This document shows positions 39,561-54,623 of a stretch of 64,000 nt of DNA, in pieces; positions within the stretch are counted from its first letter, which is position 1, and the number at the start of each line of letters is the position of its first letter. The position numbers were made by a program, and so were the translations under genes. Under the pieces are notes generated by a model. That model searched no databases. It was not told where the DNA came from and saw only the letters and a program-made list of their open reading frames with translations. The stretch lies in NCBI RefSeq assembly GCF_009914755.1, contig NC_060928.1; one strand, given 5' to 3'. The stretch comes from the human T2T-CHM13v2.0 reference genome, Homo sapiens.

Positions 39561-40492
39561 AATGAAATAAAACAAGAATCATTTTAGAGAGAAAGAAAAA
39601 CACTGCACTTTGCTTTGTGAGAAATGCTGGATAGACTGTCTAGACAGAGCCCATTTCTGCCTTACTCACTGCTGGATCTCCAGCACCTGGCTTTTTACAG
39701 GTTCACCTGACACCTGAGCTTGCAAGATATGTCTAGTTATTGAATGGTTAAATATTTCTATGTTAGGAGGTAAATGTGGCTGTTGACTAGAGTTAAAATT
39801 CTAAAAATGTTAGCAAGTATATTGGCCAGTGGGAAATTGATTAGTTTTGTGAGAGGTTTACTTATGAAATGATTCCATATACCACCAAGATTCCATATGT
39901 TGGTGGGAATGGATAAGCACCAGCTCAGCTTGTTTCAGAATTACAAACTTGAGTGAAGTTCCCACATTCTCTGCAAGTTCTAGTTTACATCTGAGGGAGA
40001 ATTTTGTGAGTGAAGCTTAGGCAGTCCCATTTGAATTCTTTTACCCATTCTCATTTATTAAAACTTAAGGAAGCCTTCAACAAATGGTACTGGATCACCC
40101 AGATATTCACGTGCAAAAAAATGAAGTTAGACCACTTACCTTATGCCATGTTTGAAATTAACTCAAAATGGACCATAGACATGTATAAGAGCTAAAGCTA
40201 TAAAACTCTTAGAACATAGAAGAGTACATCTTGGTGACTTTGGATTAGTCACCAAGAAACAATAGTTTCTTAAATATGACACCTAAAGCATAAGAAACAA
40301 AGGAAAAAAATAGATAAATTGTACCTCATTGATATTAAAATTTTTTGCTTCCAAGGAGAAAAGACAAGCCACATAATGGAAAAAAATCTTTGTAAATAAC
40401 ATATCTGATAAGGAATTTGTATCCAGAATAGATGAATTACCCTCACAATTCAACAACAAAAATGCAAATTATTCAATTAAAAATGGGTAAAG

Positions 40493-43073
<2,581 letters not shown>

Positions 43074-46000
43074 AAAATGGGTAAAGGATTTGAATAAATA
43101 TTTATCCAGGGGAGATTTATAATAGTCCAATAAGCAAATGAAAACATGCTCAATGCCATGAGTGATTAGAAAAAAATAAAAAAGCACAATGAGATACTCC
43201 CTCATACTCAAAGACAACCAAGATAAAAAAGACAGACAATAACTAGTGTTGGTGAGGATGTGGAGAAAATGGACCACTGATACACTGCTGGTGGAACTGT
43301 AAAATGGTGCAGCCACTTAGGCAAACAGTCTGGCAGTTTCTCAAAATGTAAATAAGAACTGGCAATTGCACTTCTAGGTATACACTCAAGAAATCTGAAA
43401 ACATACATTCACACCAAAGTTTGTACACAAGTATTTATACGAACATTATTTAAAACACCTAAAAAGTGAAAACCACCCAAATAATCATCAACAGATGAAT
43501 GGATAAAGAATGTGGCATATTTATATAATTGAATATTATTCAGCATTTAAAAAAATGAAGTATTGAAACTCACTACAGTATGGATAACCCTTGAAAGTAT
43601 TATGCTCAGTGAAAGGAGCCAGACACAAAGGTCACATATTAAATGATTACTTTTATATGATACATTTGGAAGAGGCAAATCCATAAAGACAGAAAGTAGG
43701 TTAATGGTTTTCAGGAGCTGGGGGGCGGGGGAATGAGAAGTGAATGGTATTGGGTACAGAGCTTCTTACTGGGGTTATGGAAATGTTCTAAATTTAGAGT
43801 GTGAAGATGGTTGTACATCTCTGTGAATATACTAAAAAACACTGAACTGAGAACTTTAAAAAATGAATTTTATGGGATGTGACTAACCTCAATAAAGCTG
43901 TTATTAAAAAATGAACTAAAAACACTCAAATAAAAACTATAAGAACTTATACCTATGTGCATTATTCAAATTACATTCTAAAGTTATCTATAATTGAAAG
44001 TGATAAATGTTATGCTTTAATATAGGCCATTTTTAAACATCCTGGAATTTGCACAAAATTAATTTTTAGGTTATTTTTACTCAATATATTTGCATTTACT
44101 ACTTACAAAATGAGCCATTTAGAGCAAAGATTACCAGATATGACTATGAATTACAATCAAATAGAACACTAATATCTAAAAATTTTAGTCATGAAGTATT
44201 TCAAATATAGATTCAAAAGAGTATGTCATCACACTGATGTATGTTTATCTGTGATAAGGATTTATCACTCTATGCTTAGTATAAGAAATTTTGTCATAAA
44301 TGGAGGCTGACTTTCATCAAGTGCTTTTTTTCTGGCTATATTAATATAATCATGTTTATTTTTCTTCAATTTGTTAACATGGATTCCATTCATTCATTCC
44401 AACACATAACTGCTCACCATAGCATATGTGTGTCCTTTCTTTTATATACTTCTGGTGGATGTTGGCAAGTGTACTGGGGGGGCACTAGAGTGTGACCTCC
44501 ATGATGTCAGGGACACACTATCTCCAGCCAGCCAGCAAGCAATCAGAGTCTTGTCTCTGGTGGTGAACTTAAAGTGTCTTCTTTCAGAGATGATTTTATT
44601 TGTGCTTTTTCAGGCTACACAAGGGAATCTTAACTAAGGACTAATGAGTTTAATTTTTTTCTTGGGATTTTGGAGCTTAGATGTAGTATGAATTCTAGTG
44701 ACAAACTCATATGAGCTTGTAGTTTGGAATTATAACGTGAAGATAATAAGTATTTTCACATTTTCCCCTGGATAGATTTTTTTCAGACTTACTCATAGAA
44801 GGCATCACCCTGTTTCTGCTTTTGAATAATAATAATTTGAATAATAATAATAATAATTTGAATCTTTAGATTCTGTGGTTTCTTAAAACTTAGGCAAAGT
44901 TGTTACGGCAGAAACTGGCTCCATTACTAAATCACCTCTCTAAATTCGCAGTTCTGCATTGTTTTAGCTTTAGAATAATTTCATTTACTTTCATATAAGG
45001 TCAGCCATTCATGAGAGCTTTGTTTGTTTGTTCTATTACCCTCATCGATGATGTTTTTAAGTTTCGTAGCCTTCTTAGATTAGATATAATGATTAATTAT
45101 GTGTGCAAAAACTTGTCAATACTGACTTTGTTATTAATGGACATTTATACCTTTGCTTGTCTTATATTCGGAAAGTTGTAAGATGGAGGCTTGGTATAAT
45201 CAGAGAAATGTCAAGACCTACATTCCACAAATCTGTTGCATTTAACCCTATTTCTATAAGATGCTCTGATAACACAGGATCTCATCATGAAATAAAGCTG
45301 GGAACCATTGCATACCAAAGCCTCATTTTAGATTTACGATGAACATTTGCACAGTAAAAGTCCCAAGAAGTCACACCATAAATATCACTGTTTTATGTTG
45401 CTTAACATTTTTCTTAAAGCCTATTAATATTTGAAGAAAATAGTATTCTGTAGAATAAACTTTCTTATTTTACAAGTGAAGAAACACAATCTTAATCAGG
45501 CTTATGGATAGATACAATTAGAACAGAGTGAGGAGGAGAAATAAAGTCATGCTCTCAGTTAATTTATCTTGCTCCACACTGCACATATCTTATATCAGAG
45601 AAGCAAGTAGGGATCCAAAAGAAATGGGTTGCAGATGACATAAATATGCATATATTTGTAATTAGTAACATAATAAGTTCCAGCATATAAAAGCCTTTCC
45701 AAAAGTGATCTCTAGTATACTTGGACAGTCAACAAGGAAAGATGAACACATTACATTTTAGATTGGTGGTAATAAAAAGATCAGGCATTCAACAAAAAGC
45801 AGTGGAGAAGACCAGAGCACTCACTTCTCCTCCTTCTGCTTTTGACCAATTGACCTATTATTAACTACTTGCTAAGCAGGTATTTGAAAGGACACAAATG
45901 ACCTCTCTCTTAATGAATTCTTTGATGTGGAATTAATGTTCAAAGACATTTAAATTCTGTACAACACAAAACTACTTTTTTCCTTTTATTCCTTTAAAAC

Positions 46001-46228
46001 CTCTGCTTATAAGCATTAAGGAATTATCTTAATCCCATAAAGACAAAAAATTTAAAGTTAAAAAAAAGAAACTATTCCATCATATTGTAGAAATCTTTTA
46101 AAAGTCAGTTAGTCTACCATGACAAACACCTTGACTATTTTACCTTCATATCTTGCCATTGCACAAACTGAATTTTATTTATTTTTCACCAATATTATTT
46201 AAACATTCTCACTTACTAAAAAAAATCT

Positions 46229-46629
<401 letters not shown>

Positions 46630-46732
46630 TCAATTTTCTTAGCCATTCTCCAAACCATTTACCCCCAAGTCATGCAGACACCTCCTCAAAACCCTTAAGA
46701 CTCCACACAAACACCGTGAAAGACTGTAGAAA

Positions 46733-47384
46733 TCTTACTGGAAAGGGATCCCAATCCAGACCCCAAGAGAAGGTTCTTGGACCTCACGCAAGAAAGAATT
46801 AGGGATGAGTCCATAGACTAAAGGGAAAACAAGTTCATTAGAAAAGTAAAGGAAATAAGAATGGTTACTCCATAGGCAGAGTAGTGGTATGGGCTGCTGC
46901 ACTTAGTATACTTACAGTTATTTCTTGATTATATACTAAAGACGGGTGGATAATTCATGAGTGTTCTGGAAAAAAGGCGGGCAAAAAAAAAAAAAAAAAA
47001 GGGCGGGGAGGAGCTCTGGAACTGAGGGCTCCTCCGCACTTTAGACCATACAGAGTAACTTCCGGATGTTGCCATGACATTTGTAAGCTGTCATGGTGGG
47101 AGTGTCTTTTAGCATGTTGATGCATTATAGTTAGTGTATAATGAGCAATGAGGGTGACCAAGGTCACTTTTATCTCCATCTTGGTTTCAGTGGGTTTTGG
47201 CTGGCTTCTTTACTGTATCCTGTTTTATCAGTAAGGTCTTTGTGACCAGTATCTTGTACTGACCTCCTATTTCATCCTGTGACTAAGAATTCCTAACCTT
47301 CTGGGAATGCAGCCCAGTAGGTCTCAGCCTTATTTTACCGAGCTCCTATTCAAGATGAAGTTGCACTGTTTCAAAGGCCTGACA
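46733..47384 (-). mobile_element. MER41B-like solo LTR (ERV1)
   Basis: atccagaccccaagaga.ggttcttgga, gggaatgcagcccagtaggtctcagccttatttt and a terminal tgaca; 4-bp TSD GAAA at 46729-46732 and 47385-47388. Confidence 0.9.
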
Positions 47385-48164
47385 GAAACAGATGAGAAAC
47401 CTGAAGTTCTGTCTTTGCTATCCCTTTCCCCTTAAGCTTCATCTCCTAGCAGTTCTGCATAAAATGGCAGAAGTAGTTCTGCATAAAGTGGCCATCCACT
47501 ACTAAGTCAGCTTTTGTTATAATCCACTCTTAGTTCTTACTGACTTCCATCTGCTATTCTCAGTCAAACCTTAGATGCCCATTATTTTCCCTTAAACAAG
47601 AGAACCCCAGGACTTAACTCTTTTACAGCCTAGTGCAATACTAAACCCACAGGCAGTTCTAGGATTCTGCACTACAATGCTTTCTAAATTCCATTAACTC
47701 ACAGCATTTATGTGTATCTGACTTGAAAGACTTGAGGATAATCTGAAATAAATATATTACAAGGAAAATAATCACACTAGATGTTAAATATGTCTGTTTT
47801 CAGACCAGAGAGGAGAAATATAATTTATATCTCTGCAAGATTTCCTTAATGAGCACATTATTGTTCCTAGCCTTGTCTGTCTGAGTCTACATTTCATCCT
47901 GTAATTAGCCCTTCACCCTCCACTCTTTTATCCTTTTACTAGGGAAACCCATGATTAAATAATCCATAGTCGATTTTCAGAAAAGTTCGAATTGTTCTGG
48001 CTAGAACCAACACCAGGGGTGGGCAGACTTCAGCAGAACAGTGAAAAATGGCTTTAGTCATTTCAAGCCTTCACCTCTTTAAAACCTTAATTTCCCTCCG
48101 ACCCCTGGTTTTTGTCCCTTGTTAAATTTTGGAAAGTAAAGATACTCACAAAACTATAAACACT

Positions 48165-48310
48165 GGCTGGATGTGGTGGTTCATGCCTGTAATCCCAGCA
48201 CTTTGAGAGACTAAGGTGGGAGAATTGCTTGAGGCAAGGAATTCGAGACCAGCCCTGGCAATGTAGGGAGACCCTTTACCTGAAAAACAAAAACAAAAAA
48301 AAAACAAAGA
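48165..48310 (+). mobile_element. FLAM_C-like Alu monomer
   Basis: Left monomer followed by an A-rich tail; TSD tataaacact at 48155-48164 and 48647-48656. Confidence 0.85.
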
Positions 48311-48640
48311 GGCCAGGCGCGCTGTGGCTCACACCTGTAATCCCAGCACTTTGGGAGGCCAAGGTGGGTGGATCATTTCAGGTCAGAAGTTTGAGACCAG
48401 CCTGGCCAATATGGTGAAATCCCGCCTCTACTAAAAATACACAAATTAGCCAGGTGTGGTGGTGAGTGCCTGTAGTCCCAGCTACTCAAGAGGCTGAGGC
48501 AGGAGAATCACTTGAACTCGGGAGGCAGAGGTGGCAGTGAGCCGAGATCGCACCACTGCACTCCAGCATGAGAGACAGAGCAAGACTCCAGTCAAAAAAG
48601 AAAGAAAGAAAGAAAAAGAAAGGAAAGAAATAAAGAGAGA
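48311..48640 (+). mobile_element. AluS (Sx/Sz-like) in the FLAM tail
   Basis: gaccagcctggccaatatggtgaaa and gagaatcacttgaac; GAAA-rich tail. Confidence 0.92.
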
Positions 48641-49109
48641 GAGAAATATAAACACTGACAACACACAAGTCATTTTCAGAGACAGAATCTACATTATTAT
48701 TGAAAAAAAGAATTATTTTCCAGATGGCTCTATAATATGACTTTTCCCAGCCCACAATGTATATAACATTTAACATAATTTTTAAAGAAAATTCAATCTC
48801 CCATTCTTAAATATTTCAAACCTGCAATCTATTAAAAATTACTATTTGCTATAGTGATTAATATATTTTAATGAAATAAAATATTATAAATACATTTAAA
48901 GTCTAAGGTAACAGTTCAGTCAGTGTGTTTATTTCTAGTAAGTGTGTTTATATTTTACTGCATGTGGGTTCAAAAAAAGTTTCACTTTTAGGGCTCCAAT
49001 CCAAGCCCTAGGGTCTTTAGGTCCTATTACTAAACCTTTCCAAACAACATTTACCTCTGGTTTGTTCACAGTTAATTGCACAAAGAACCTAGAAATAGGA
49101 GGAGGGAGT

Positions 49110-49280
49110 ATCTAAATTTACTGGGACCCGAACTTGTGCAGGTGCTTTACCTATCTTTTCATATTTCATGATAACATTCATTATATAAATGGAGAATTTG
49201 GGACCCTAAGAGTTTAGGGTCTTAAACCAGGCCTCATGCTTGTAAAGAGTCAGTATTTGAAACTCATTTAGCCTTCCTGC
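49110..49280 (-). mobile_element. MIR fragment
   Basis: tttactggga...ggtgctttac...ttatataaatggagaatttgggaccc...tatttgaaactca. Confidence 0.45.
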
Positions 49281-50324
49281 CAAGCTGGAAGAGAAACGTG
49301 GCATCGCTGCTCTCTAGAGTAGGTTTATTATTTAAACTATGAAGTGATTGATGTTAATGTTAGTACTGTTAAATGAAGGCTAACTCTGTAATGGAATATG
49401 TATATCACTTTAACAAGTACCTCACCAATGCTTTCTAAATATTGTTCACAATAGAATTTTCCATTTCTAAATACATGATCAATTCAGGGAGATATCTCCA
49501 AAATTAATTTGATAGTCATGATGAAAGCTTTGGGACTTTTAATATAAAATATAGATTATCAAGATCACTACCATAATAACAAAGACATTCTTAAAAATAA
49601 CTAGCTACAAATTATGGATGGAACAAATGGGACGTATGGAATAATAAATTTTTAGTAGACTTTTGACAATGATATGCACATAATTTTAAAAGATAACATC
49701 TTGAAATATTACTATTTTGGGGTCTTCTAAGACTTTGAAATCAATGTTGGAAATAAGTTAATATTATGTATTTATTCTATTTTCAGGAAAGCAGTTTGTA
49801 ATGTGTTTCTATTGATATTACCCTTAATGTAACTTTACAACAATGAGCTATTCATGCTCCATTGTTTTGATGATCTTAACTAGGATCTAATATATGACAT
49901 TCAGAAGATATTGTAATATTGGCCCTACAACTTAATGAAGGGCAGCATTACTTACTTTTATTTTTCCACAGGCAGCTGGAACTTAACAGCTGTGTGACTA
50001 ATAAAACATGGCATCTACTTTCTAATATAGAAGCAAGAAAGTAAAGCTACCAACATTATTGTAAACTGGGTCACAGTCACATAACATGTTATCTGAAAAA
50101 GCTGAGTGGTGCTGCAATTAATGAATCACCTGGAACTATAACTGGGCTGAGGTTTTTTTTTTTTTTGACCTAACCCATTTTTCAGAAAACTAAATGCAAA
50201 GCTTTGCAGAAAGAAAACAAAAATTTAATGGCATCATTATCACATATACACATAATATAAATCAAGTATTGAGTAGTGGAGGAAAAGGGTAGGTAACAGA
50301 AGTAATATTTATAGAGTGCTCATT

Positions 50325-50515
50325 TTTTTATTGATATGTACTATGACTCTTATATAGGTGCCTTATTTAACCCCCACAAAAAAATCTTGTGCATTGATAT
50401 TATGATTCCCATTTTACTGATGACAAAACTGAAGTTTATAATGTTTAAGTAATTTCAGCAGGTATGAATGAGGTAAAAAGTCATTCAATTTGACTCCAGG
50501 ACCATACTTCTTCCC
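50325..50515 (-). mobile_element. MIR SINE
   Basis: cttatttaacccccacaa...attcccattttactgatgacaaaactgaagt...tttgactccagga. Confidence 0.75.
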
Positions 50516-50569
50516 AACAAACCTCAGTGCCCATGAATGAAAAATACATTTTGAAGGGTGAATGTTCCT

Positions 50570-50790
50570 TGAGTGCCCCAAAGAAGAGATTTTGACATAG
50601 AACTTGGCCTGCAAAATGCTTGTTTATACTCTTAAAATTAATGCTTGTGGAAGGGAGGAGATGAAGCAGGAGCAAGCAGAGAGAGAGAAGTCAAGCTGTG
50701 ACAGAGACCCAAGCTGACGGAGGTCATAGGAGCTGAGGCAAGTTTTTCACTGAAGGAGGATCTGGGTGGCCTCTCACAGTGCCCACCTCA
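50570..50790. mobile_element. Probable ancient ERVL-class LTR fragment, family unresolved
   Basis: gaagcaggagcaagcagagagagagaagtcaagctgtga...ggatctgggtggc resembles old ERVL LTRs. Confidence 0.35.
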
Positions 50791-50963
50791 AAGTTACCAG
50801 GTGGGCTAAGGGCTTCCCAACAAAACTTATGAGTTTAAAAATGTATAGAGGATGACAGTTTTTTGCATTTGTGAGATATTTCAATGGAATGGCTAGTTTA
50901 CCTATTATAAGCTGAAATTGCAATACAACGGATTCATTGCAAGATTAAGAAACAAGAAAAGGA

Positions 50964-51109
50964 GGCCAGTGCAGTGCAGTGGCTCAGGCCTGTAATCCTA
51001 GCACTTTGGAAGGCTGAGGTGGGTTGATAGCTTGAGCCCAGGACTTCGACATGAGCCTGGACAATATAGTGAGACCCGCACCTCTACAAAAAATAAATTA
51101 GAAAAAAAA
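50964..51109 (+). mobile_element. FLAM_C-like free Alu monomer
   Basis: Left monomer plus A tail; perfect 16-bp TSD aagaaacaagaaaagg at 50947-50962 and 51110-51125, preceded by TT. Confidence 0.9.
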
Positions 51110-51561
51110 AAGAAACAAGAAAAGGTATTTTCTGTTTCATTACAAGTAGATTGTTGAGTTTAAGACAGTGGTGGAAAAAGTATTTTCTAAGATAAACTGG
51201 AAAGCTACCTCTCCAAGAAAATTGCCAGAAAGGCAAAACCATAAGGTGAATAACACTGGCCAGGGAGTGTGTCTACACTGTCAAGAAATCCTGCCTAGCC
51301 AAAGGCAATTCCCAGGAAATGGTGGAGATACAAGTTCTGAGGATAATGGGAATTTGATTTCAGTTGAGATTTTGGTCTCTGAATGTACTATTATTTTGAA
51401 AAATGGCAATATGATACAACTATTACGATTTATCTGGCAAAATGCATTCTAGAATGATGATTTTTAAAAATTAGGCATTTCCCTGAATAACATCAAGTTC
51501 ATAAAATGTTTTATTGGTAATGTAAACATGTTTGTTTAATTTTTTACCTGTTAGCTTACTG

Positions 51562-51599
51562 TTTTCTGCTTATGCATTCATTTTCTGCTTATGCATTCA
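51562..51599. repeat. Perfect 19-bp tandem duplication
   Basis: ttttctgcttatgcattca twice. Confidence 0.95.
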
Positions 51600-53149
51600 C
51601 AAACCTTAAAGTTTGTGTTTCTTCACATATCTATATCCTTTCATTCTCTCTTATTTCCACTGACTTTAGATCTCCTTCATTCTGAGAGATGAGAGCCATG
51701 AAAATGAAAGAAAATAGAAAAGAGTTGACAATAAGATCCAAAGAAATATCGCCTAGACAAAAGTAAGTGACAGTTTGGAAAGAGCACCAAGAAATAGGGT
51801 AGGAATCACTTTGTCTTGGGTTTATTTAACTCCCTGTAAATATCACTTCAAATGAAAGATAGGTACCAAGGACAGCTTACATACCTGGCACTCAGCAGAC
51901 TCTCAGAAAATAGTAAGTGAACACCAATTAAAGGACAAATAAATCCAGTTTATGGCATTATTAGACTGTATTAAGAGTTATTTATGGCCACAATTCAAAA
52001 TTATTAGAATTGGGAGGGGACTATTAAGATGTCTGTGGCATTCTCCGTGTGACTTGCAAGTTGAGAGATTATCACCTGTGATAACTTCCAAGGATGTTAC
52101 ACAGATAATAGCTATGTCTTCTTAAATTATTATTTCTTGAGGTATCTATGTTAATATAATTATTAAAGAAATCTACCTACCTAAACTTCTAGAATTGCAT
52201 TCCATTGTAAACTTTAGAAAAGCTTAGATACCGTTTGTTGAGAATGATTTAGGGACAAAAATTTCTATTTGTTTTGAAGTAGAAACCAGGGGAAGAAAAA
52301 AAGCCCAGTTAAAAACAGAACACCTCTGTTATTGGGAGCAGAGTCTCTCTTGATCCTCACTGCATCATTTTCCTTGATCTTGCTGACTTGGAAAGCTTAG
52401 TCTCAGAGTTGAAGCCACAGACACTGCACAGAAAGAGATGAAGATGACGAGCAAAAGGAGAGAAAACATTCTATACTTTTGGTGAAAAATAGACTCAGAG
52501 AGGAAATTTAAAAACAGGCATTAAAGCTAGAAAAAAAGTCAGAAAAAAATTATAAAGCTGCTATAGGTAGTAAAGGAATTCCTTTGTAATTGATGAAGAG
52601 AGAAAAGATGGGATACGTTTCCTTTAAAACAGTAGTTGGAAAGAAATGATATCCTGGAGCACATGTGCTAATCATCATCTGGACAAATAGCCATATGATT
52701 AGTATGTTACTGACCAATTCATTCCACTGGCTCTTGATTGATGTGCTCTTCTTTAATGCATGCATGCCTTCACTCATTCAACAACTCTTTCTGGGAACAT
52801 TCCGTGTAAGTCACTAACTGTACTCCATGATGGAAATCTCTTTGTGAATGAGACTAAAACCTTTCTTGTCTTCTTAAAGTTTGAAAGCTACTGCTTGGGT
52901 GAGTGTTAGCAATCCTATAAAAAAAAATGAGCCGTAGATATATGAAGAAATATTATCCTCTAAAATGTACAGGTCTGTCTGACTCAGGCTGAAGGTCACC
53001 TTGTTTTAGTCATTTTCTTTCTTTGGATCCTACTTACTATGCATATATCCCTAGCTTTCTGAATTTGTTAAATAAAAAGAAATTTGTGTATATTTAAAAT
53101 GTTGTATTTTTATTTACTCTATTATCAAGTGAATCAGGCTTCCTACAGT

Positions 53150-53345
53150 GCACTACCTGGATTTCAGTCTCAACTCTGTAACTTATTCCCTATGTGACCT
53201 TGATAAAATATATATATCCTCTTGATAACCTATGTATATTCCCATCCATTAAAAGGACATAATAATAGTACTTGTGCCATGGGTTTGAGTATAGGGTGAG
53301 ATAATGCATGAGATTGGGCATCTTTTCCCATGGTTATTAGCTATT
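53150..53345 (+). mobile_element. MIR SINE
   Basis: ctacctggatttcagtctcaactctg...ctatgtgaccttgataaa...ataataatagtact...tgagataatgcatg. Confidence 0.7.
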
Positions 53346-53908
53346 TATGATTTATCTTCTGTGGTATGTGTATTTTTGTCCTTTGCCAATTTTTTGATTG
53401 AGGAATCAGTCCAGTCTCTAAATCCAAGTTGAATTATTTGGGAGATTATTTTCATGCCTACCTTTCTCTTTTTCTAGGTGACTGATGTGGGCCTGAGCTA
53501 GGGTGTACACTGGCTGGTTCTATGAGGAGGGGAAGAGGAAATGAGGGTAATAGATCCACTGTAATACTAGATTAGGCTGGATTCTGACTTCCATAATGAG
53601 GAGATCTATTTGTCTATGTATTATCTATCTATTAATTACCTACCTATTGTCTGTATATATGCACACACATATAGACATATATACATATGCAGATATACAT
53701 ACATAGACATATGTACTGTCCGTCTATATACATATATGTGCATATATATGCATCTATAATTATTTTTGCTATTTTTAATTAAGAGAAGGAAATGAACTGT
53801 TTCAAAGTAGTATGGTAGAGACTTTTGTTGCTAGCCAAAAGGAGAGAAAAAGCCTGGAAGCAGGATCAACTCTAACAAGCCCCCACAACACCATTTGAAG
53901 TTATATGT

Positions 53909-54285
53909 TGTATTAGGCTGTTCTGGAATTGCTATAAAGACACAGTTGAGACTGGGTAATTTATTAAAAATAGAGCTTTAATTGGCTCATGGTTCTGAAA
54001 GCTTTACAGGAAACATGGTGCTGGCATCTGCTTGGCTTTTAGGGAGGTCTCAGGAAGCTTAGAATCAAGGCGGAAGGCAAAGAAGGAGTAGGCATGTCAC
54101 ATGGTGAAAACATGAATTAAATGACCAATCTTGCAAGACCTCACTCACTATTGCACCAAGACAGCACCAAGATGTGAGGGATCCACCCCCATGATCCAGA
54201 CACCTCCCACCAGGACCCACCTCCAGCACTGGGGATTGCAATTCAACATGAGACTTGAGCAGAGATAAATATTCAAACCATATTA
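53909..54285 (-). mobile_element. MSTB-like solo LTR, internally shortened
   Basis: tgtattaggctgttct...gctggcatctgcttggct...acacctcccaccagg...caaaccatatta; TSD TATGT at 53904-53908 and 54286-54290. Confidence 0.9.
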
Positions 54286-54325
54286 TATGTAATGTTATCA
54301 TATTACATAAAATATTATTTATATA

Positions 54326-54623
54326 GCCAGGCGCAGGGCATGCACTTGCATTCCAAGCTACTCAGAAGGCTGAGCCATGAGGATCACTTGAGCCCAGGAG
54401 TTCTGGGCTGTAGTGCATTGTGGGTATCAGGTATCTGCACTGAGTTCTGCATCAATCCGGTGACCTCCTGGGAAGTGGGGGACCACCAAGTTGCCTAACA
54501 AGGGGTGAACTGGCCCCTGTCAGAAATGAACCAGGTCAGAAGTCCTGTGCTGATCCCTAGTGGGATTGCACCTGTGGATAACCATTGCACTCCAGTCTGG
54601 GCAACATAATGAGATCCTGTCTC
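54326..54623 (+). pseudogene. Full-length 7SL (SRP RNA) retropseudogene, RN7SL-P class
   Basis: Alu-domain ends plus the S domain that Alus lack (ttctgggctgtagtgc, gggggaccacca.gttgcctaa, aggggtgaac, gtgctgatc); flanking repeat atttatata at 54317-54325 and 54639-54647. Confidence 0.95.

Noticed and set aside
49950-50010. Terminal exon (ttttatttttccacag|G followed by AATAAA)
   Set aside because: The exon would be very short, no linked upstream exon is evident, and both motifs are common in AT-rich DNA.
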